Assembly (NCBI GenBank): GCA_040954595.2
Contig: CM082590.2
Coordinates: 9,450,088 to 9,514,087, forward strand
Direction: 5' to 3'
Source: Balanoglossus misakiensis
Taxonomy: Eukaryota > Animalia > Hemichordata
Length of the DNA stretch: 64,000 nucleotides
A program made the position numbers and the translations under genes. The notes beneath the pieces are model-generated. The model did no database searches. It had not been told where the DNA came from and saw only the letters and a program-made list of their open reading frames with translations. Shown one piece after another: positions 55,115-64,000 of this stretch (the stretch's first letter is position 1; every line of letters starts with the position of its first letter).

Positions 55115-57218
55115 AACTTGAAATTTCTTTCTTTTTTTTTCACATTTTGAATTCTACTGTGATGTGTATTCTGTTTACAACTAAGGCTCATATTTTATGA
55201 TTTCGAATAAACATTATTTTTTTTTGATATTACTCATTGTGTCTTCATTATATTTTCCCCAGTGATGATAAAAAATATAAATTTTGCGCCGTATTTTTGC
55301 GACAATACTGTGAAATATTTTATTTTCACTGTTAATTATTTCCTCAAATTTTGAATATCACTGAGATTTATTTTTACCATTTCCTGTCAACTTATGTGCA
55401 AAAAATAAGAAATAATTTTCACTGGGAATTTATTTTAGTGGAAAAATGAGTCCTGAAAAAATAGTGAAAATAAAGTCCTACTGAAAATTTAAGTATTCTA
55501 CAGTATTTGCCATGTTTGGTAAAAAAAAAACACTGTTTCTTGGCGACCACTTGTTTGACTGCGATGCGCAACTGGTTAAAGAAAATATCCCACTACAAAC
55601 CCTACTTACCCTTGCCTCATTTACACCAGATTGTGTCCATGATATTTCATTGAAGTGTAAAGTATGTCATCAGAAGACACAGTTCTCGCATTGTCTAAAA
55701 TGTCAATGACCTACTTGAAACACAAAGTCGTGCAGTTTTTGACTGTCACTCCAAGATCATTCAGGGACTGGTCAGTTTCTTCGGTCTGGGGCTGGGGCTG
55801 ATTCATGGGGGGGGGGGGGGGTGTATGAGTGTGTTTGTGTTTGTGTGTGCGTATGTGTCAGTGTGTATCACCCACAGTGTGCCCTCTAAGCTCATATGAT
55901 GCGCCACTGACTCAACAAACTCTGGTGACTCAAGAACAATATCTACGGAGGTTGATTAAATGGGTGCGGCACCTGTTTAATACATAGCGTGTTCATATTA
56001 CCACATAGAGCCACAACAGGGCATTATCAAGATGTTCATGTTTATTTTGACGGACTAATCTAAGCTGGGAAAATAAAATCATAAAAACAATGCCAAAAAT
56101 GACAGCTCCAGAGGCTTAAGTTACGAAACATCACTATTTTGTGTACCGAGAGACTTTTATGCAAGTATTCCATCTATTCTGGATATCACAGAAAGGTCAA
56201 AAAGACTGACTTTGTAACTTTTAACAAGTTACAAAACCAAGTGATCAGTTTTGAAGCTGACATGTGACGAGAAATTTCCACGAGAGAATTTTATGATATC
56301 AACAAAGGCTGCTATATCACGACTTATGAAGAGCCAGAATTGAAATGTGACAGTCTGTTAAATATTGACAAAGGTGTTCATCAGGCACACCCCAGTAAAC
56401 TTCAAGTCTCCTCAAATGTAAACATCACTTATTAAATGGGTCGATCGTCTCAAAAATGATGATTTTGACAGATCGTTTGATGGACATCTGGATACATTTG
56501 ACATGTTGGATTGCTTTTAAAAAGCCATGGTTTCTCACGAAATTATCATTTGCTGTGTTCCTGCTGAAGAGAGGACGAAGTGTCTGCAACACACGAGAAA
56601 AAACTTGGTAAGTGATGATATACATTGGTAACCTTCTTTGTCGTCGACAAATCTGACTTCGATGTTTTTCATTTGCTTTAAGGATGTACGTTCAGTAACA
56701 TTGAAAGTATTTTCATTTCTAATTGCTGGAAAAGTCACTTCTACTATTGTCATTTTCACGAAATTTTACATATGATGATCTGGAATGTTGTTTTAATGTG
56801 TAGGCAAGATAAAGAAATTGTATTTTAGAAAAAAGAAAATATTTAACCCCTTTTCACTGCGATTTCCCTGTATATTATCATGATGAATGAATGAATGAAT
56901 GAATGAATGAATGAATGAATGAATACTTTATTTCACCAGATGCTTCACAGAGTAAATATTGATAAAATTAAATAAAGGGTATTGTTATTGCAGAAGTACA
57001 AAGTAAAAAAAAAAGAACACAGGATGGGAACAATATTGTCAAATTGTACGATCTGGTGGGAACCATGAAAACAGTTGAAAACAACCAGTCGAGTTCATGG
57101 TCCTGATTACATAAATGATTTTTCTGAAAAGACTTGAGTGTGATGGAGGATGGGAGCATACAAAGTATGAATGTGAATTCAGCAACTAATATTGATCAAT
57201 TTCTGTTCTAGGTTGAAT

Positions 57219-59924
57219 ATGTTTGGGTTTATTGCAATCTTGCTGTTTCCGTTTGGTGCGTTTGCCATCTGGGATGACGAATACTGTCCATCACGTCCAA
57301 ACCCATCTGAGAGCCTATACTCCTGCTTTGCGGCCAACAACACTCCTGTCTGTGATCGAATGGCCGACCTGAACCGCAATCTCTACCAATACTGGAGTTG
57401 CAGTTGCGATGCCATGTGCGTGCACTACGGCGACTGTTGCCACGACTACCGCGAGGCTTGTCAGAACCAATCAGCTGGCGTTAACACGGACAGTGAAGAT
57501 GGTTCCTTCGTCCACTTGGAGAGTTGCCAATTATTTCATTTTAGGTTTGATCATGGTGCTTGGATGATAAGCAAATGTCCAAACTCATATCAGAATGACG
57601 ACATAAGGAAGAAATGTGAAACAAACAACACTGAAGGTATATTTATTTATTTATTCATTTATTTATTTATTCATTTACTGATTCAGAAGAAATCTTAAAG
57701 CCTCTAAGAGCTGCCACTTTTTGCATTATTTTCATGATTTCATTTTCCAACTTAGATTGGTACATCGAAATAAGCTTACCGATAGGCACACATGATCACT
57801 TTATCTATGAACCAGATCGACACCTCTCCAAACTGAACAATATCTTTAGTCCCTTTGGTGTCTGGTTTAGACAGGTTTTACTGTATATACTTTTCATAAA
57901 TGTTATCTGGACAGCTCTGTCACAGAGGGAAATGTGTTTGGCTGTGCATAACCCTTTCACCCCTAGTTCCCAATGCAGAGTTCCAGGTTTAGCATAGAAA
58001 ACAATTTGGACCGAACCATTTGGTGGTGAAAGTACCTCAGAATGTTTTACCCTGTTGAACATTATATCTGCAGTGTACCAACAGATCTAGATTGCCGTTC
58101 AATAATTTTCATCGTAACTTTATTTTATTTTTTGTTTCCTTTCCATCAGAGCTGTCACTAGAAAATATACCAGTAACATGGACGGCTGGATCGAAGGTTT
58201 ATCGCAATGTGTATTGTTCAGTATGCAACGGTGTTACCCAATCGGAGGTGAAGTTTTGGACCGTTGATGTCGCTGTAGGCTGTGTCTTTGATATGAATTG
58301 CGCCGATTTCATAAACACTGTTTTAGTAAACAATTCGCAAACAGTTCCTTCCGTGATGAACCTTATCGCCAACCGATCTTTAAGTGAATCAGCAGGGTTC
58401 GCATTCAACATTGCGATGACCGATACCACTGGGGTTCCACTTCGACCATGCGTTCCTGATATCATAGATAGTTGCGATATCAGCAGGTATGACAACATTT
58501 CTGAGTTTACACAAGATCAAGGATTGTGTCAGTCAGCGTTTTCCCTTGTTTATTTTAACAATGACAGGGAAATATTCAAAAATATCCATTGTTTTCATTG
58601 CGGCTTTCGATATGGAATGCATAAGTGTGGGATAAATCTGAGTGGCAACAAACCTATGCAGGCTCCATATGCCTTGCACTTACTTTTCGAGGTCAACTTT
58701 GGCAAGAATGTGGAGATGAAAACGCAGTTTTTCCGTGAAGACCTGACTTTTTCTCATAACTTTGACTGTTTACAAGATGAGATTTATGACCCTGGTGCAA
58801 AACAGTGTCTAGCGATGCCTACTGAGTATGAAGGTGATCCCGGGTTAAATGTTACCGATCAATTAACAAACCAGACACAATGGAATACCACCAGTCACAT
58901 CTCGGGTAATACCACCGGTACAAACACACCCCTGGTATGCCCGGTGTCTACAGAAATGTTTGTGTTAAATAATTCAAGTTTCCACCTTGACAAAGATGGG
59001 CTTGTTTTCCGTCTAGATGGTAAACTACACCACATAATATCATTTGTAATATTTCCCAATGGTTCAGCTGCTGTTGCGTGTATGCCTATATCGACTAACC
59101 AACTTCAGAGATGGCTGACACTAGGGTGTTCGTCCCTCTCCATAGTGTGTCTGATCTCCTACCTGATTGCTCATTGCAGAAATCCTCACCTACGCACGTT
59201 CGCTAACAGGTTAGTCCTGAACATGGTTAGTGCCATTTTGCTTGCTCAAGTGGTGTTTGTATCCAGTACTGGATTGATCCAAATGGAGAGTCTCTGTTTC
59301 TATCTGGGCATCATGATGCATTACACCTGGCTGACTAATTTCATGTGGATGGCTGTGGTCAGTTTCGATGTCTGTCGCACGTTCAGGTCAGTCAGAATTC
59401 ACCTGCACGTTCCGCATGGACAGAAACGATTCATTTGTTATTGTTTGATCGGGTGGTTGCTTCCGGCTTTAGTTGTGGGTGTGGCTGTGACTCTTGAGAA
59501 GTTGTCCAGTGTAGACATAGGGTATGGACAGATTGGTTTCTGTTGGATAACCGAACCTTTTGGACATTTTGTGTTTTTCTTTCTCCCTGTGGCGGCTGTC
59601 ATTGTTTTCAATTTGATCTGCTTTGTTTTGACCCTGTGGTACATTACATTGAAGTCACCTTCGAAGTCCAGCAGCAACAGACTTGGTTGGGGGCGCTATT
59701 TCGCCATCTACATGAAAACGTTTGTTTTGATGGGTTTGACTTGGAGCCTTGCTCTGGTGCAAGCGTTTGTCACCAATGATGTTCTCAGTTTCATATTTAA
59801 CGTTGTTAACTCTCTTCAAGGGGCCCTGTTGTTTCTTGGAATGATTGTGGTCTCCTCTGCAGAGAGGTTATGGAAGCGAACTCACCGTAATTCGACTGAT
59901 AATGCCGCACTGGGCCGTTCTTAA
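57219..59924 (+). CDS. Somatomedin-B-domain family-B (7tm_2, Methuselah/adhesion-like) GPCR, 730 aa
   Basis: Exons 57219-57636 and 58150-59924. Signal peptide, SMB motif CSCDAMCVHYGDCCHDYREAC, Cys-rich YRNVYCSVCNG and FKNIHCFHC repeats, seven hydrophobic helices with family-B motifs (HYTWLTNFMWM, IGWLLP, CWI, LMGLTW, NSLQG). Confidence 0.9.
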
Positions 59925-59964
59925 AGGGAAGGGGTCGTCGCGCCACATGGGTGCCCCCCTTGAT

Positions 59965-60385
59965 GAGAATTTTGCCCAATGATGCTCATGGTTAAAGGTA
60001 TACAGTCACCTATAGAAAAATTAGCTATAGTTACCATGGCAAATTGAGATCTAGCCAATCACAGATTTTCAGTGGGTGGCACACGCGAAAAAAAGAGCGC
60101 CACCATATGTTCTTTAGAATGCTCAAATACGCCAGTTCAGCCATAAATGGGCGTATGTAAATTATAGGTGACTGTATACCTTTAAACCACACTGTAGATT
60201 CGCTGATGTCATGAGGTAGTACGTTCCACAGTTTAGGGGCTGCATACGAGAAAGCATAGCTGCAGGTCTTGTTTTTGTTAAGAGTTTCTTGGTGGATGAA
60301 CGCTTTGTTCTAGTGGGAATGTAAGGCTGTAGTAGATCACTGATGTAAGCGGGAGTCTGGTTATGGATCAACAAAATTTTTGTAT
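59965..60385 (-). mobile_element. Degraded L2-like 3' fragment interrupted by a TTAA MITE
   Basis: Minus-strand KILLIHNQTPAYISDLLQPYIPTR. The 3'-UTR piece aattttgcccaatga...catggttaaa matches the 29890 copy. Confidence 0.7.
59996..60181. mobile_element. 186-bp MITE with TTAA target duplication (Kolobok-like termini)
   Basis: 19-bp TIR AGGTATACAGTCACCTATA / TATAGGTGACTGTATACCT flanked by TTAA on both sides. Confidence 0.85.
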
Positions 60386-62593
60386 ATATGATGAAATATG
60401 GACATGACATTTTTGGTCATTGTTGCCTTGTTGCAATGTATTATAGTGTTGTGTACATTAGCCATGTACTATTGTCTAGAATTTCTTTGTATTTCATTGT
60501 GTATAGTCTTATATAGAATTGTATTGTTCCAGTCAATTTCATTGTATTGCAATATTATTACATGAATTGTATAATTGTTTATTATTAAGAATATTTATAA
60601 TAGCTAACTAAATTGATCTTAATATTATCACATTCACAAGCCTTGATTTTTTCATTTCATTCACAATTATAATAAAAACCACTTTGCTGTATTTTACTGT
60701 AAAATGGGATATATTGACAGATGGTACAGAGAAAAAAAACATTTCCTTCTGCAATGCCTTGAGGAAAAGGTGGACTTGGCACTCAATTTTTTTTTTTGCT
60801 GTAATAGTGGTGAAAAAAATTTGCTGACAAACCTAAATCTTCTACCCCCCCCCCCCCCCATAAATGAAATGGTTCTCCCCTTAGTACATGTATTGATTGC
60901 TAGTATTATAGATTGGTTGAATAAATTTGATGTTGTTTACCTTTATTTGTGTATTGTGTACATTTTATCTCACAAGTTTTTCAAATTTGGGTTTAAACGA
61001 CAATCTCATGACAAAAGACAAACATCTTATATGACTCAAAATTATACTTTTTGCGAAACTGACTACACCAATTCTAGTTTCCAAACAAATACCCATTGAT
61101 TTGTTGATAGCATTGCGAGATCTTTGGACACTGAGCAGAAAAATCATCTAGAATATCTAGTGGAAAAACATAAGATGTTGCATGGGCTGTGGTTTCACAC
61201 CTACTCAAAAGTCACGGTGATAACAAGCTCATCATATCTTAATATCAAAAGGTATTTGCAAATTGCAACCGACAAAATGATGAAAAGGCCATCAAGTGCT
61301 TTCTGTAATCTCATGGCACATTTATTCCGGCACTTGACGAAACTTTTCTATTCCCAACCATTTTCTGAAATCCCTAGTCTAGATGAAACACCGCAGAAGT
61401 TCTCTGAAGTACCATTGACTTTGTTTTGTTAGATGCCTCACGACTCCAAGGATAACAAGTTAAAGACGTCATTGAAATGTGTCAATTTCTCTGCACAAGA
61501 CTCCTTAACTTAAAAATAAACTCACTAAATGACCAATCACAATGACCCAGGCAATGAGCACAAATTAATTTTCAAGTTATAAAGGCTTAATAAAATAGCC
61601 CTGATAAACAAAGCATCATTTACTTGCCTTGCATGAGCCGTACCACAGGTAAGTTTATTTTATGGTTAGGACACTATTGACTGAACTCATCTTTCACTGT
61701 TATTGGTATTAAACACCCATTCTAATAATTATACTAAAACAAGCAAATTACGAGAAATGCCTGTATAGTTTCACAGAAAATGTTTTATAATCACAAAATA
61801 GTTCAAATTAACTTAGAGACTGTTAACAGCTTCTGATTTTTTTTAATCGCTCTTAAGTCTTTCTCGTTGCCCGGTTTATGTGATTTGACATGTGGATATA
61901 TCACGTGAATCAACGTTCGAACCTACACAACCTTCATCCTGTTTATTAATACGAGAGTGAAAAAACTTGCTAAAATGAATAATTGTTCTGTATTCATGCA
62001 CATGTGTATACTTGGGATGTGTCTCTGTCAAAGCCGTCACCCACAACTCACTGCATCAGCACAAAAAAATATGAGCCCGGAAAATTAAACTGCCGGTCCG
62101 ATAAAACATTTTCGAAGTAGTAATTCAACCTTGGCACAATTATCATGATGTACGCAAGTGTGAGTGGTCGCAGATGTAAGTCGCAGATATAAGTTGCAAG
62201 TATGATGTGCAATCACCTTTCTGTCAACACTGCGCCTAAACTGCAGAGAGGCAACTGTTGCGTGAGGATTGATTTCCACGTTCTCTTATTTTTACTGCAT
62301 AGTTATCTCCGAAGAACATTTTACGCGACTGTTTATTTTCACGTTTTTTTGGCTCTTGGGTATTTCGCGAAAATTTATTGCTCGCAAAAATAACCCATTT
62401 TACAGAACCTCCTGATCATGAGACTTTCATTCACTATATCATTTTACGCGACTGTTTATTTTCACATTTTTTTTGGCTCTTGCGTATTTCGCGAAAATTT
62501 ATTGCTCGCGAAAATAACCCTTTTACAGTACCTCCTGATCATGAGACTTTCATTCACTATAGTTTTTATCTGATTTCAGAGCTAACTGTGGGC

Positions 62594-64000
62594 ATGCCCC
62601 TCAAGGCAATGGGTGCTATTCTCATGCCACCTACCGGTACACTGATGCTGGTTACCAAATCCAGTGTGGTCGTGTGGATGCTGCTGGTCACAGTTGTCGA
62701 TGGAACAAGTCTGTGCCCGGTCGAGTCGTGCATGGTTGACGGACAGGCGGTGTGCAATACATCTATACCACTACCAAACGCTTTTGATCACTTAAGTTGT
62801 TACTGCGACCCGTTATGTCTTGAAATCGGTGACTGTTGCTTCGATTACACAGACGTATGCCTAAATTCAACCACCTATAAGGAAGACACAAATGATACTA
62901 CATATGAGTGTATCAACCTTGGCAGAGTTGACATTGACACAGATTTTGAGATGAAAAAAGTATGGATGAAGAGCAAATGTCCCAAAACCTGGCAAAACGA
63001 CCATATTCGAAGTCTCTGTGAAAACGCCAATTCCTTTGTTGGTAGGTGTTTGTATATAAATTACTACTATGGTACCGATCACACTACTAATTAACACATT
63101 CACCTATACAACCTATAATTATTATTTAAAGGGACAAAGTCTCTCTCTTGCAGCCCTTTTTCCATAAACTAGGTGTGATACAAGACACTATTTATGTTAT
63201 TCTACATTTGGATATAAAGTGAATCAACGTTCGACCGCACACAACTTCCATCCCGCTTGTAGACACCACAGTGAAAAACTTGCCAAAATGAATAATCGGT
63301 CTCTAATGTTATTCATTTTGGCGAGAATTTTACTCACATATCCTCTCAACAGGACAGAGTTCTGTGTGGTCAAACGTTGATTCACTATATATGCAAATGT
63401 AGAATAACATAAACGGTGTCCTGTATCAAACATAATTAATGGAAAAAGGGCAGCACGAGAGAAACTTTGTCCCTTTAAATTGACTTGTGATAACCTTTCT
63501 TAGCAAAATTTTCATGGACTCGTTTTACTTAATTTAATTATTATTATTTCAGGTGGGGTTTCTATGCAAGAGATACCGGTGAGTTTAGTGAACGAGACTG
63601 TCTTTCGTAACATGTACTGCGCTATCTGCCATGGTGTTGAATTACAAGACTTGGTTTGGTGGGAAGCTCTGTGGAAGTGTAACAAGATGCCTAACACAAC
63701 ATCATCTTTTGATGTTGCACTCAGCTCAGCTAACGACTTCTTGGCGGAAAATTCATGTGATTTTGAGATCCTACTTCCCCCGACTCTAAAAACCATTCAT
63801 TACTGTTATTATCCACACTATGTCGATACTTGTAATCCTCAACTTTTTAATAATACTTCTGAGTACCTGAATCACGTCGAAGCATGTACCTCTTTTACTT
63901 CATATGTTTTGTCGAATTATGTAACATATAAAAATATCCTTTGCCTCGAATGCAATGTACCATTGCTAGACATAAGTTCCCTCGTTGATTGTCGGGCAAG
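62594..64000 (+). CDS. Second SMB-domain receptor paralogue, N-terminal part (truncated by the window end)
   Basis: Exon 62594-63041 (CYCDPLCLEIGDCCFDYTDVC; WMKSKCP) and exon 63553 to >64000 (IPV...FRNMYCAICHG...YKNILCLECN). The phase-1 intron sits at the same position as in the 57219 paralogue. The start ATG is uncertain (several in-frame ATGs). Confidence 0.85.
63130..63474. mobile_element. TTAA MITE, AGGGACAAAGT family (fuller, largely palindromic copy)
   Basis: TTAA-AGGGACAAAGT...ACTTTGTCCCT-TTAA with long internal inverted repeats. Confidence 0.85.

Overview
Eukaryotic, intron-rich animal genomic DNA, most likely from a marine invertebrate bilaterian (the taxon cannot be fixed from sequence alone). 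I built spliced models by hand from GT/GC-AG boundaries and checked exon phases. Genes: SPOP (+, 8 coding exons, apparently starting at a CUG codon); a 24-exon, ~1694-aa multidomain gene I do not recognise (+, 14692-35561); an orphan antisense pentraxin exon in that gene's 3' UTR; SEC11 (-) and LEO1 (+) head-to-head; and two tandem SMB-domain family-B/Methuselah-like 7TM receptor genes, the second running off the window. The 1694-aa protein has 4 Tudor/Agenet-like barrels, three TIR + beta-rich modules (only the last TIR keeps the catalytic Glu), a DUF3887-like domain, an EF-hand pair and a C-terminal CaaX box. It is the best candidate for an undescribed system: a putative membrane-anchored, Ca2+-regulated TIR NADase. 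Its locus also has a 1.7-kb intragenic tandem duplication, a 2.5-kb self-complementary (ATC)n/(GAT)n intron and a CCAAT-box minisatellite. The rest of the window holds several MITE families, tRNA-derived SINE heads, L2-like LINE fragments, an 88-bp minisatellite and a 526-bp near-perfect palindrome. Domain names come from motif recognition, not database searches.
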